A stretch of 64,000 nucleotides of DNA from assembly GCA_964627035.1 (NCBI GenBank), contig CAZVKN010000012.1, positions 22,925 to 86,924 on the forward strand, given 5' to 3'. This stretch comes from an uncultured bacterium (GTDB lineage: Bacteria > Electryoneota > AABM5-125-24 > Hatepunaeales > Hatepunaeaceae). The position numbers were made by a program, and so were the translations under genes. A model generated the notes under the pieces. The model made no database searches, was not told where the DNA came from, and saw only the letters and a list, made by a program, of their open reading frames with translations. This document shows, piece by piece, positions 1 through 9,040 of this stretch (its first letter is position 1; each line of letters starts with the position of its first letter).

Positions 1-43
1 ACGATATATGAAAATAGTATCTCTCGCACCTGAAGTGCTGTAG
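1..43 (+). CDS. rplN: 50S ribosomal protein L14, 3' end (partial)
   Basis: Frame 2 reads ...RYMKIVSLAPEVL*, a conserved L14 C-terminus, and stops at 41-43 just upstream of rplX. Confidence 0.8.
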   Translation, partial: RYMKIVSLAPEVL

Positions 44-52
44 GATTCACTT

Positions 53-412
53 ATGATAAAGCGTTTAAAAAAAATCAAAGGTAACCACCTGCATGTTCGC
101 AAGGGAGACACGGTTCTTGTTCTCTCAGGCAACAATCGCGGTAAGCGGGGAAAGGTACTGAAAGTATATCCTGATTTGAATAAGGTGGTCGTCGAAGGTG
201 TCGCTTTTATGAAGAGGCATACAAAACCGAGCACGAAACTTCCGCAGGGTGGTATTATGGAGCGTGAGCGAGCTATTCATGCATCCAAGGTTATGGTAAT
301 TGATCCAAAGACGGACGAGCCGACCCGTATCGGGTACAGGACATTGGAAGTTGAGGGCAAGAAAGTACGAGTTCGATTTTCGAAAAAATCTGGTGAAACG
401 TTAGCTGGTTAA
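53..412 (+). CDS. rplX: 50S ribosomal protein L24
   Basis: KOW motif [19 protein letters not shown]. Position in the spc operon fits. Confidence 0.93.
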   Translation: MIKRLKKIKGNHLHVRKGDTVLVLSGNNRGKRGKVLKVYPDLNKVVVEGVAFMKRHTKPSTKLPQGGIMERERAIHASKVMVIDPKTDEPTRIGYRTLEVEGKKVRVRFSKKSGETLAG

Positions 413-414
413 TA

Positions 415-1131
415 ATGGCGGATAAAAAGATATCACCGAAGAAAGAAGCTAAATCCGATAAGAGCAAAGCGAAAAAGGATACCAAAGCTCCGAAGGGTAA
501 AGCAGCAAAGGGAAAATCCGGTAAAAAGGGCAAAGGCAAAAAAGTACAGAAGGTTGCCGCCGTTCCCAAAGATTATGTCCCGCGTCTGAAGAGCATGTAT
601 AGCGAGCAGATCATTCCTTCTTTGAAGAAGCAATTCTCAATCAAAAATCCGATGCTGGTACCGAAGCTCGGCAAGATTGTTTTGAACGTTGGAATCGGAA
701 CCATGCATGCTGATGCAAAGCTGGCTGAATCAGTTGCTGAAGAGCTTGGGCTTGTCGCAGGACAGAAAGCGGTATTGACCCGGGCACGGAAATCAATAGC
801 GAATTTCAAGCTGAGAGACGGGATGGTTGTCGGCTGCCGGGTGACGCTTCGCAATGAGCGGATGTATGAATTTTTTGACAGGCTCATAGGAATTGTTATT
901 CCTCGTATTCGTGACTTTCGCGGACTGAGCGACAGCTCATTTGACGGTCGCGGTAATTACAATTTTGGCATAAAGGAGCAGATTGTCTTTCCCGAAATAG
1001 ACTACGACAAAGTGGTCAAAATTCACGGAATGGACATCACAATTACGACGACTGCCCAGAACGATGAACAGGCGTTTGAACTGATGAAAGGATTCGGATT
1101 TCCTTTCAGTCGTCAGGAAGAAGAAGCTTAG
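415..1131 (+). CDS. rplE: 50S ribosomal protein L5 with about 55-aa lysine-rich N-terminal extension
   Basis: Conserved L5 core (LVPKLGKIVLNVGIG...RGLS...GNYNFGIKEQIVFPEI) preceded in frame by a K/A-rich segment. The ATG lies 2 nt after the rplX stop. Confidence 0.9.
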   Translation: MADKKISPKKEAKSDKSKAKKDTKAPKGKAAKGKSGKKGKGKKVQKVAAVPKDYVPRLKSMYSEQIIPSLKKQFSIKNPMLVPKLGKIVLNVGIGTMHADAKLAESVAEELGLVAGQKAVLTRARKSIANFKLRDGMVVGCRVTLRNERMYEFFDRLIGIVIPRIRDFRGLSDSSFDGRGNYNFGIKEQIVFPEIDYDKVVKIHGMDITITTTAQNDEQAFELMKGFGFPFSRQEEEA

Positions 1132-1152
1132 AATTTTATTTATTTAGAGAAT

Positions 1153-1338
1153 ATGGCAAAAAAGGCATTAGTAGTAAAACAGAGACGAACACCGAAATTC
1201 AAGGTGCGCAAGTACAACCGCTGTCATCGCTGTGGCAGACCGAGAGCATATATGCGTGATTTTGGAATTTGTCGCATCTGTTTCAGACAGTTGGCTCTGG
1301 ACGGTATGATCCCGGGCGTAACAAAATCGAGCTGGTAG
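1153..1338 (+). CDS. rpsN: 30S ribosomal protein S14, type Z (zinc-binding, 61 aa)
   Basis: C-x2-C...C-x2-C motif (CHRCGRP...CRICFR) and short length. Confidence 0.93.
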   Translation: MAKKALVVKQRRTPKFKVRKYNRCHRCGRPRAYMRDFGICRICFRQLALDGMIPGVTKSSW

Positions 1339-1348
1339 GAGTGATGTT

Positions 1349-1747
1349 ATGAGTATGACTGATCCAATAGCCGATCTGCTTACGCGCATTCGGAACGCAA
1401 CACGTGCGAACAAAAAGACAATTGACATTCCCGATTCACGTCTGAAGCGGGATATTGCGAAGATATTGGTGCAGGAGAGATTTGTCACCAGATATATTCG
1501 TATTCGTGACAACAAGCAGGGTCTTTTGCGCTTATATCTGAAATATACGTCTGAAGGCGAAAGCGTGATTGATGACTTACAGAGAGTCTCTCGTCCGGGT
1601 CGCCGGATGTATTTCAGATCGAATAAGATTCCGCGAGTGTTGAACGGTCTCGGTGTTTTGATTATGACCACCCCGAAAGGTGTCATGACCGACCGACAGG
1701 CACGCGAACAAGGTGTCGGCGGAGAACCGCTGTGTAAAGTTTGGTAA
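1349..1747 (+). CDS. rpsH: 30S ribosomal protein S8
   Basis: MTDPIADLLTRIRNA... is the canonical S8 N-terminus. Confidence 0.95.
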   Translation: MSMTDPIADLLTRIRNATRANKKTIDIPDSRLKRDIAKILVQERFVTRYIRIRDNKQGLLRLYLKYTSEGESVIDDLQRVSRPGRRMYFRSNKIPRVLNGLGVLIMTTPKGVMTDRQAREQGVGGEPLCKVW

Positions 1748-1834
1748 TTTAATCGGATGGAAGGGTGCAAAACGAGTCAGAACGGTGGCTTATTGCAGAA
1801 TTTCATTCGGTATTTCACTTTTTGAGGATAGATA

Positions 1835-2371
1835 ATGTCACGGGTTGGTAGAGAACCGCTGCCCATTCCTGATGGTGTGACGGCTACAATGGATGACCGG
1901 TTTATAACGGTTAAAGGCAAACTGGGCGAGCTGAATCATACGATTCCGGAAGGAATTGATGTGATGCAGGAAAATAGCGTTATTACGGTAACGCGGGAAA
2001 AGGATAATCATCGTCAGCGCGCCTTGCACGGTTTAACCCGAGCTTTGCTGGCAAATATGGTTTATGGTGTTTCCAAAGGCTTTAAGAAGGACCTTGAGAT
2101 TGTCGGTGTCGGATACCGCTGTGAACAGCGAGGTCCTGCACTGCAGCTTTCAGTGGGATATTCCCATCGTGTGATCTTTTTCCCTCCGGAAGGGATTGAG
2201 CTGAAGGCTATTTCAAACACAGCGTTCAGCGTTTCAGGTATAGACAAGCAGTTGGTCGGAGATACCGCTGCAAAACTTAGAGCCGTTCGTCCTCCTGAGC
2301 CATATAAGGGTAAGGGGATTAAATACGTCGGTGAATACATCCGCCGTAAAGCCGGTAAAGCAGCAGGATAA
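1835..2371 (+). CDS. rplF: 50S ribosomal protein L6
   Basis: MSRVGREPLPIPDGV and the two-domain L6 pattern. Operon order fits. Confidence 0.95.
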   Translation: MSRVGREPLPIPDGVTATMDDRFITVKGKLGELNHTIPEGIDVMQENSVITVTREKDNHRQRALHGLTRALLANMVYGVSKGFKKDLEIVGVGYRCEQRGPALQLSVGYSHRVIFFPPEGIELKAISNTAFSVSGIDKQLVGDTAAKLRAVRPPEPYKGKGIKYVGEYIRRKAGKAAG

Positions 2372-2432
2372 TAGCAGAATTAGAATTATTGCTCCACGTG
2401 TGGAGCAAATTTAATCATATTAGATACTTATT

Positions 2433-2816
2433 ATGACCGATATACGAGTTGCGGTACAACGCAAAAAACAGACACTGATACGAAGAAAGAAGCGTGTGCG
2501 GAAAAAAGTGTTCGGATCAGCCGAGCGACCCCGTCTGAATGTCTTTCGCAGCAATCGGCACATTTATGCTCAGTTGATTAACGATGTTGAGCAAAATACG
2601 ATTGTGGGATGCTCAACAATGACCCCTCTTTTGAAAGAGAAATGTTCATCTGCCGTGAATAAGATTGAGCAGGCAAAGAGGGTAGGTGAACATATTGCCG
2701 CTATGGCAAAAGACAAGGGGATCGCCCAGGTTCAGTTTGATCGTAACGGACGCAGGTATCACGGTCGCGTTAAAGCGCTGGCGGAAGGTGCTCGTGCCGG
2801 TGGTTTGCAGTTTTAG
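2433..2816 (+). CDS. rplR: 50S ribosomal protein L18
   Basis: [18 protein letters not shown]...[26 protein letters not shown]. Confidence 0.93.
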   Translation: MTDIRVAVQRKKQTLIRRKKRVRKKVFGSAERPRLNVFRSNRHIYAQLINDVEQNTIVGCSTMTPLLKEKCSSAVNKIEQAKRVGEHIAAMAKDKGIAQVQFDRNGRRYHGRVKALAEGARAGGLQF

Positions 2817-2830
2817 CAAATAGCGGAAAT

Positions 2831-3397
2831 ATGAATAGAGATAGAAGAGATAACAGAAAAAGACCCAAACGCGACGAATTTGGCGTCTCCGAAGTTAACT
2901 TAATTGAAAAAGTTATCCACATTAACAGGGTGGCTAAGGTCGTCAAGGGTGGTCGTAACTTCAGCTTTAACGCCCTTGTGGTGGTCGGTGACGGATCCGG
3001 TAAGGTTGGATACGGGCTCGGCAAAGCGCGCGAAGTAATTGATGCTATTGAAAAGGGCACGCAGATAGCCAAGAGGTCAATGAAACGCTACCCGATTATC
3101 GGCAAGACCCTCCCACACGCAATACGCGGCAGATTCGGTGCAGGCAAAGTAATGATCCGTCCGGCATCTCCCGGTACAGGAATCATCGCCGGCAGTTCCG
3201 CACGTGCACTGTTTGAATGTCTTGGGGTTCGCGACGTGCTGTGTAAATCGCTCGGCACAAATAATCAGCTCAATGTGTTGCGAGCAGTGGTAAACGGTCT
3301 TGAGAACATGTACGATGCCGCAAGGATGGCTAAAAAACGTGGGTTGAGAGTCAGAGACGTTTTGATGCTCCCCCCAAAGGAGGAGAGCAATGGCTGA
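2831..3397 (+). CDS. rpsE: 30S ribosomal protein S5
   Basis: INRVAKVVKGGRNFSFNALVVVGDGSGKVGYGLGKAREV is the S5 dsRBD/S5 signature. Confidence 0.95.
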   Translation: MNRDRRDNRKRPKRDEFGVSEVNLIEKVIHINRVAKVVKGGRNFSFNALVVVGDGSGKVGYGLGKAREVIDAIEKGTQIAKRSMKRYPIIGKTLPHAIRGRFGAGKVMIRPASPGTGIIAGSSARALFECLGVRDVLCKSLGTNNQLNVLRAVVNGLENMYDAARMAKKRGLRVRDVLMLPPKEESNG

Positions 3398-3590
3398 ACA
3401 GTTGAAGGTAACATACGTTCGCAGCACAATCGGGAGACATTTTTCCCAAAGACGTACCATAAAAGCACTTGGATTTCACCGATTGCAGGAAACGCGGATT
3501 ATGGCAGACAGCCCATCCATTCGCGGGATGCTGAACAAGGTAGTGCATCTGTTGAAAATAGAACCTTATAGCGGAAATGAAGGAGACTGA
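3390..3590 (+). CDS. rpmD: 50S ribosomal protein L30
   Basis: Short ORF LKVTYVRSTIGR...TIKALGF. Overlaps the rpsE end by 8 nt. Confidence 0.88.
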   Translation: MAEQLKVTYVRSTIGRHFSQRRTIKALGFHRLQETRIMADSPSIRGMLNKVVHLLKIEPYSGNEGD

Positions 3591-3591
3591 A

Positions 3592-4113
3592 ATGCAGAAT
3601 GATGTGGGAGATCTCGGAAAGCTTACACCTGCACCAGGCTCCTTAAAAAAGAGAAAACGAATCGGTCGCGGTCGTGCATCAGGTCGAGGTGATACAGCTA
3701 CTAAAGGTCATAAGGGTGCTCAGTCGAGATCCGGCTACAAGAGTCGGGCATGGTTTGAAGGTGGTCAGATGCCGATCAATCGCCGTGTCCCGAAGCGTGG
3801 GTTCTACATTCAGAACCGGACTCAGTATCAAGAGGTTAAACTCGGTGATCTGGGACGTATTAACGGTGATGTAGCCGATCCTGATACCATCCGTCAGGCA
3901 CGATTGGTCAAGGGACGCGGTCCGATTGTCCTGTTGGGCAACGGTGATATTGACCGCAAGCTGACAATCAAGATTCACAGAATCACCAAGAGTGCTGAAG
4001 AGAAGATAAAGGCAGCGGGTGGTTCCGTCGAGTTGTTGCCATTGGATCCGATTGACCGTCGAGTCAAGAAGGGACCAAAGCCGAAAGAGAATAAGAAAAA
4101 GGAAGCTAAGTAA
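3592..4113 (+). CDS. rplO: 50S ribosomal protein L15
   Basis: Start chosen at the ATG directly after the rpmD stop. Gly/Arg-rich N-terminus RIGRGRASGRGDTATKGHKG. The ORF could begin at 3577. Confidence 0.9.
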   Translation: MQNDVGDLGKLTPAPGSLKKRKRIGRGRASGRGDTATKGHKGAQSRSGYKSRAWFEGGQMPINRRVPKRGFYIQNRTQYQEVKLGDLGRINGDVADPDTIRQARLVKGRGPIVLLGNGDIDRKLTIKIHRITKSAEEKIKAAGGSVELLPLDPIDRRVKKGPKPKENKKKEAK

Positions 4114-4187
4114 CCACGGTTAAGAAATGCTAATCTGTTAGCAATCTGCCGTGACTATACTGGTGTACATAGGTAAGCGCATTTACG

Positions 4188-5519
4188 ATGTTAGATAAAT
4201 TTAAGAACATCTTCAAAATCCCGGATCTTAAGAAGCGGATACTGTTTACGCTGTTAATCTTCGTGATTTATCGCATTGGTGGTCATATTCCGGTGCCTGG
4301 CATTAACGCCGCGGCACTCGGTGAATTCCTCAAGATGCAGCAGAACACACTGTTTGGTCTCTATGATATGTTTGCCGGGGGTAACTTCGGTCGAGCAACT
4401 GTGTTTGCACTTGGGATCATGCCTTACATCAGCGCTTCCATTATCCTTCAGTTGATGGGAATGGTCAGCCCCGCTCTGCAGAAGCTGCAGCGTGAGGGTG
4501 AAGAGGGTCGCAAGAAGATCAACCAGTGGACGCGCTACCTGACCATTGTGGTTGCAACATTGCAATCTGCCGGTACGAGCGCATTTCTGGCTTCAATTCC
4601 TCCGACGCAAAGCGGTCTGGAAGTGGTGCCCAGTCCCGGTATGGGGTTTGCATTTCTGACAGTCATTACATTGACCACCGGGTGTGTGTTTATTATGTGG
4701 CTCGGGGAGCAGATCACCGAACGCGGGATCGGCAACGGTATCAGCTTGCTGATCTTCATCGGAATCATTGACAGACTGCCGTACGCATTCCTCGATGAGT
4801 TCCAGCTTTTAAGGCAGGGCATCCGCATGCCTCTGACTGAAGTGTTCTTGCTGGCAATGGGTTTCTTCACTGTTTATGCAGTGGTTGCACTGACTCAGGG
4901 AACCCGCAAGATCAATGTTCAGTACGCCAAGCGAGTTGTCGGTCGCAAGGTTTACGGCGGTGGTGCGACTCACATCCCGCTGAAAATCAACACAGCCGGA
5001 GTGATGCCGATTATCTTTGCGCAGACGATCATGTTTTTCCCGACGACGCTGGCGACTTTTTTGCCGGAAGGTGCGTTTCGTGAGTGGTTAAACAGTGCAT
5101 TCGCGATGCAGTCATACACATATATGGTCATCTACATGATATTGATCATATTCTTTACGTACTTCTACACAGCGGTAGCGTTTAATCCGGTAGAAGTAGC
5201 GAACAACCTGAAGAAAAACGGCGGGCTTATCCCGTCAGTTAAGCCGGGCAAGCGCACTGCGGAGTATCTCGATAACATCCTGACGAGGATCACACTTCCG
5301 GGTGCGGTCTTTCTCGGGTTGATAGCAGTTTTTCCGACGATGATCACCAAGCAGATGAATGTATCGTATAACTTCGCATCATTTTATGGTGGAACTGGAC
5401 TGCTGATTATTGTCGGTGTCGGACTCGACACACTTCAGCAGATTGAATCTCATCTGTTGATGAGGCACTATGATGGGTTGATGAAGTCCGGTAAGTTGAA
5501 GGGACGAAGAGGAAGATAA
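4188..5519 (+). CDS. secY: preprotein translocase subunit SecY
   Basis: 443 aa, 10 TM segments. Operon position between rplO and adk. Confidence 0.95.
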   Translation: MLDKFKNIFKIPDLKKRILFTLLIFVIYRIGGHIPVPGINAAALGEFLKMQQNTLFGLYDMFAGGNFGRATVFALGIMPYISASIILQLMGMVSPALQKLQREGEEGRKKINQWTRYLTIVVATLQSAGTSAFLASIPPTQSGLEVVPSPGMGFAFLTVITLTTGCVFIMWLGEQITERGIGNGISLLIFIGIIDRLPYAFLDEFQLLRQGIRMPLTEVFLLAMGFFTVYAVVALTQGTRKINVQYAKRVVGRKVYGGGATHIPLKINTAGVMPIIFAQTIMFFPTTLATFLPEGAFREWLNSAFAMQSYTYMVIYMILIIFFTYFYTAVAFNPVEVANNLKKNGGLIPSVKPGKRTAEYLDNILTRITLPGAVFLGLIAVFPTMITKQMNVSYNFASFYGGTGLLIIVGVGLDTLQQIESHLLMRHYDGLMKSGKLKGRRGR

Positions 5520-5573
5520 TTGAAATAGACCGGAAATTATATCGGTCACAACATAGTCACAGTTATTAACAAT

Positions 5574-6200
5574 ATGATCTTAATATTACTTGGTGCTCCC
5601 GGAGCCGGAAAAGGTACTCAAGCGGAGCAGATTCGAGTACATTATAACCTGAACCATTTGTCAACAGGCGACCTGTTGCGGGGTGCCGTTGCTGATGGTA
5701 CCGAACTTGGCGGTCTCGCCAAGGGATACATGGAATCAGGCAAGTTGGTTCCGGACGATGTGATTCTGGGAATCATTAACGACTATCTCACCGAGCATAA
5801 AAGTGAGGGCGTGTTGTTTGACGGTTTCCCGAGAACAACTGCTCAAGCTGAAGGTCTTGACGAAATCCTGAAGGGTGCAACGGTGAAAGCTGTATCGTTG
5901 GATGTCCCTGACGATGTCGTCATTTCAAGATTGTCGTCACGTTGGTCATGCCGTGCCTGTGGTAAGGTTTACAATTCATCACTTGGTGATTTGCCGAGCA
6001 ATTGTGACTGTACCGACAAAGGTGAACTTTATCAGCGAGCGGATGACAAACCGGAGACAATTGCCAGCAGGCTGGAAGTTTATCACTCGCAGACAGAACC
6101 TATTATTGACTTCTACCGCAAGAAGGGGGTCCTGATCGTTGTTGACGGTATGGGGCAGCCAAAAGAGATATTCGGACGAATAAAGGACAAGCTCGGTTGA
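5574..6200 (+). CDS. adk: adenylate kinase (Zn-binding lid)
   Basis: P-loop GAPGAGKGTQ. Cys4 lid CRACG...CDCTDKG. Confidence 0.95.
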   Translation: MILILLGAPGAGKGTQAEQIRVHYNLNHLSTGDLLRGAVADGTELGGLAKGYMESGKLVPDDVILGIINDYLTEHKSEGVLFDGFPRTTAQAEGLDEILKGATVKAVSLDVPDDVVISRLSSRWSCRACGKVYNSSLGDLPSNCDCTDKGELYQRADDKPETIASRLEVYHSQTEPIIDFYRKKGVLIVVDGMGQPKEIFGRIKDKLG

Positions 6201-6994
6201 TTCGACTTAAAAGTCCACGTGAAATAGAGCGGATGAGGCGTGCCGGACAGATACTGGCACAGGTGCATAAGAGTATATTTGAGATGATGAAGCCGGGAAC
6301 GGCTACGATTGACATTGATCGGGCGGTTGAAGCAGCGATCTTGGAGGCTGGTGCAAAACCGGCATTCAAAGGATACGGTCCTCCGAAGAATCCGTTTCCC
6401 GCGAGCACTTGCATCTCAGTCGGGAAGGAAGTCGTACATGGCATTCCGTCGCGCAGAAAGCTGAAACCGGGCGAGATTGTCGGTATTGACATTGGACTTG
6501 AGATCAACAGCTTCTTTGCTGATATGGCTGTCAGCCATCTGATTGGAGATGTGGATGACACAACCCGCAAGCTTTGGCGGGTCACACGTGAGTCTCTGTA
6601 CAAAGGGATCAAAGCTGCCCGGGTCGATAACTATGTCAGTGATATCGGTGGAGCTGTTCAGCATTGGGTGGAGAAGAATAGATTTCAGGTGGTTCGTGAT
6701 TTGGTAGGACACGGGATCGGGTCTAAACTGCACGAAGAACCTGCTGTCCCGAATTATAGAACGCGCGAAGGGAATATAAGGTTGCGAGCCGGGATGACGC
6801 TGGCAATAGAGCCGATGGTGGCTGTGCGTGACTGGAGAATTAAGACTCTTAAAGATGACTGGACTGCAGTGACCTGTGATGGGCTGCCGTCCGCACATTT
6901 TGAGCATACGATTCTAATCACGGATGGTGATCCACGGATTCTGACACTTCTTGATGACGGTCGGGATCCGTGGACAGTAGCTGCCCAATTATAA
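6197..6994 (+). CDS. map: type I methionyl aminopeptidase
   Basis: Pita-bread metal ligands (D...D...H...E...E). Overlaps the adk stop. Confidence 0.93.
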   Translation: MIRLKSPREIERMRRAGQILAQVHKSIFEMMKPGTATIDIDRAVEAAILEAGAKPAFKGYGPPKNPFPASTCISVGKEVVHGIPSRRKLKPGEIVGIDIGLEINSFFADMAVSHLIGDVDDTTRKLWRVTRESLYKGIKAARVDNYVSDIGGAVQHWVEKNRFQVVRDLVGHGIGSKLHEEPAVPNYRTREGNIRLRAGMTLAIEPMVAVRDWRIKTLKDDWTAVTCDGLPSAHFEHTILITDGDPRILTLLDDGRDPWTVAAQL

Positions 6995-7003
6995 GAGGAC
7001 ATA

Positions 7004-7222
7004 TTGGCTAAGGAAGAAGCGATAAAGGTTGACGGTACGGTCACTGAAACATTGCCGAACGCAACCTTCCATGTGGAACTGGATCAGGGTCATGTGATAT
7101 TGGCTCACATTTCTGGCAAGATGAGAATGCATTTTATTAAAATCCTCCCTGGTGATAAGGTGACAGTTGAGCTGTCGCCCTATGATCTGTCGAGGGGACG
7201 GATTACTTATAGATACAAGTAA
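7004..7222 (+). CDS. infA: translation initiation factor IF-1
   Basis: 72 aa S1-like OB fold. [29 protein letters not shown]. Confidence 0.95.
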   Translation: MAKEEAIKVDGTVTETLPNATFHVELDQGHVILAHISGKMRMHFIKILPGDKVTVELSPYDLSRGRITYRYK

Positions 7223-7225
7223 ACT

Positions 7226-7282
7226 GTGTAGTCGTGGTTGTCCCAACCACGACGTCGGGCTTGAGACAAGCCCACTACTAAC
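7226..7282. repeat. REP-like double-hairpin element, family A copy 1 (between infA and rpmJ)
   Basis: tgTAGTCGTGGTTGtcccAACCACGAC-gtcGGGCTTGagaCAAGCCCactacta. Confidence 0.85.
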
Positions 7283-7314
7283 AGTGGTTTATACTTTCAA
7301 GCATTGGAGTTATT

Positions 7315-7428
7315 ATGAAGGTGCGGGCATCCGTTAAAAAGATGTGCGACAACTGCCGGGTAATCCGCCGCAAGGGTGTGGTGTGGGTTATCTGCAAGAA
7401 TCCCAAACATAAACAAAGACAAGGATAG
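7315..7428 (+). CDS. rpmJ: 50S ribosomal protein L36
   Basis: Hand-translated [37 protein letters not shown], 37 aa. Below the ORF-track length cutoff. Confidence 0.9.
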   Translation: MKVRASVKKMCDNCRVIRRKGVVWVICKNPKHKQRQG

Positions 7429-7432
7429 ATTT

Positions 7433-7798
7433 GTGCCACGTATTGCTGGAATTGATTTACCGCGCAACAAGCGGGTAGATATCGCTTTAACTGCTATCTA
7501 CGGTATAGGTAAGCATACGTCTGATCAGATATTAGCTAAAGCGGATATAGATCCTGCTCTTAAATCCGATGATCTGACCGATGCGCAAGTTAAACAGATC
7601 CGCGACATCATCAACGATGAGTTCAAAGTCGAAGGGGCTTTGCGCACAGAAGTGCAGATGAACATTAAACGCTTGATAGATATCGGCAGTTATCGTGGAC
7701 TGCGCCACAGGCGTGGTCTTCCGGTGAGAGGCCAGAGAACTCACACAAACGCCCGAACCCGTCGAGGTCGTCGTCGTTCGTCTCCATCTAAGAGATAA
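7433..7798 (+). CDS. rpsM: 30S ribosomal protein S13
   Basis: An in-frame GTG gives [15 protein letters not shown]..., the canonical S13 N-terminus. The track start at 7376 would overlap rpmJ. Confidence 0.88.
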   Translation: MPRIAGIDLPRNKRVDIALTAIYGIGKHTSDQILAKADIDPALKSDDLTDAQVKQIRDIINDEFKVEGALRTEVQMNIKRLIDIGSYRGLRHRRGLPVRGQRTHTNARTRRGRRRSSPSKR

Positions 7799-7893
7799 GT
7801 AAGACAAGCTGATAAGTTAGCAAGTTGGCAGATTTGAACAGACTGTCATCGGCAACTTGAAAACTTGATAACCTGGTAACCTGAAAACTTTTT

Positions 7894-8277
7894 ATGGCAA
7901 AGAAAGAGAAAAAACGGACAAAGAAAAAGGTTGATGCAGTTGGTGTGGTTCACATCAAAGCAACCTTCAACAACACCATAATTACCATCACCGACAGCTA
8001 CGGCAACGTTGTGCTTTGGTCGAGTGCCGGCAAGGTCGGATTCAAAGGGTCTCGTAAGAGCACCCCTTTTGCAGCTCAACAGGCGGCTTCAACAGCAGCT
8101 AAGACTGTGCAGGAGATGGGAATGGAGAAGATCGCTGTTAATGTGAAAGGTCCCGGGTCAGGTCGTGAATCGGCGATAAGGTCGCTGCAGGCTGCCGGGT
8201 TGGAGATTACATCCATCCGTGATCTGACGCCGCTGCCGCACAACGGCTGCCGTCCGAAGAAGAGACGTAGAATATAA
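7894..8277 (+). CDS. rpsK: 30S ribosomal protein S11
   Basis: [29 protein letters not shown]. Confidence 0.95.
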   Translation: MAKKEKKRTKKKVDAVGVVHIKATFNNTIITITDSYGNVVLWSSAGKVGFKGSRKSTPFAAQQAASTAAKTVQEMGMEKIAVNVKGPGSGRESAIRSLQAAGLEITSIRDLTPLPHNGCRPKKRRRI

Positions 8278-8401
8278 CGAGTTGAAAAGTTTTCAAGTTT
8301 ACAAGTTACCAAGTTTTTCATTTCTGATGTACATTTGTTCCACAAGCATCTTGTCAACTTGATAACTTGCCAACTTGTTAACTTCAATCATAGGAATATA
8401 A

Positions 8402-9031
8402 ATGGCAAGAGACACAGGACCTGTATGTAAGCAGTGTCGCCGTGAAAAAGAGAAGCTGTTTCTGAAAGGAGACAGATGCTTCTCATCGAAATGTTCATTT
8501 GATCGCAAGGGATATCCCCCGGGTCAACATGGACAGAAACGGAGGTTCAAGCAATCTGACTATTGCACCCAGCTCCGTGAAAAACAGAAGATTCGCAGAA
8601 GCTATGGGCTGATGGAAAGGCAGTTCCATAATACATATAAAAAGGCGTCGGTAGAACGCGGTATTACGGGTGAGAATATGCTTGTTCGTCTGGAGAGCAG
8701 ATTGGACAGCGTTGTCTATAGACTTAACCTCGCTCCTTCGCTGCGTGCTGCGCGTCAGTTGGTTACACACGGTCATTTTGAAGTAAATGGTCGTCGAGTT
8801 GATATTCCTTCATATTCCGTAAGTGTCGGCGATATTGTCCGGGTTCGGGATAAGTCAAGGAAAATGGAGTTAATCCATCAAGCCATGCGTCATTCTCGCA
8901 AAGACAGACTTGTAGAATACCTGGAACTCAACAAGGCTAAGATGGAAGGAGTAGTTGTCGGAAGACCCAGGCGTGATCAGATTCCGATCACCGCCAACGA
9001 ACAACTTGTAGTTGAGCTTTATTCTCGTTAG
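8402..9031 (+). CDS. rpsD: 30S ribosomal protein S4 (zinc-ribbon type)
   Basis: CKQCRREKEKLFLKGDRCFSSKC N-terminal Zn ribbon followed by an S4 domain. Confidence 0.95.
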   Translation: MARDTGPVCKQCRREKEKLFLKGDRCFSSKCSFDRKGYPPGQHGQKRRFKQSDYCTQLREKQKIRRSYGLMERQFHNTYKKASVERGITGENMLVRLESRLDSVVYRLNLAPSLRAARQLVTHGHFEVNGRRVDIPSYSVSVGDIVRVRDKSRKMELIHQAMRHSRKDRLVEYLELNKAKMEGVVVGRPRRDQIPITANEQLVVELYSR

Positions 9032-9040
9032 AGGTTTGAA

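Noticed and set aside
291-1770. Antisense ORFs inside rplX/rplE/rpsN/rpsH (291-569, 433-633, 573-887, 1168-1770 on the minus strand)
   Set aside because: They lie entirely within strongly supported, conserved ribosomal protein genes on the opposite strand. These are shadow ORFs with no independent signals.
7376-7432. Longer rpsM ORF starting at ATG 7376
   Set aside because: It would overlap rpmJ by about 50 nt and add a non-conserved [19 protein letters not shown] leader. The in-frame GTG at 7433 yields the canonical S13 N-terminus [10 protein letters not shown].
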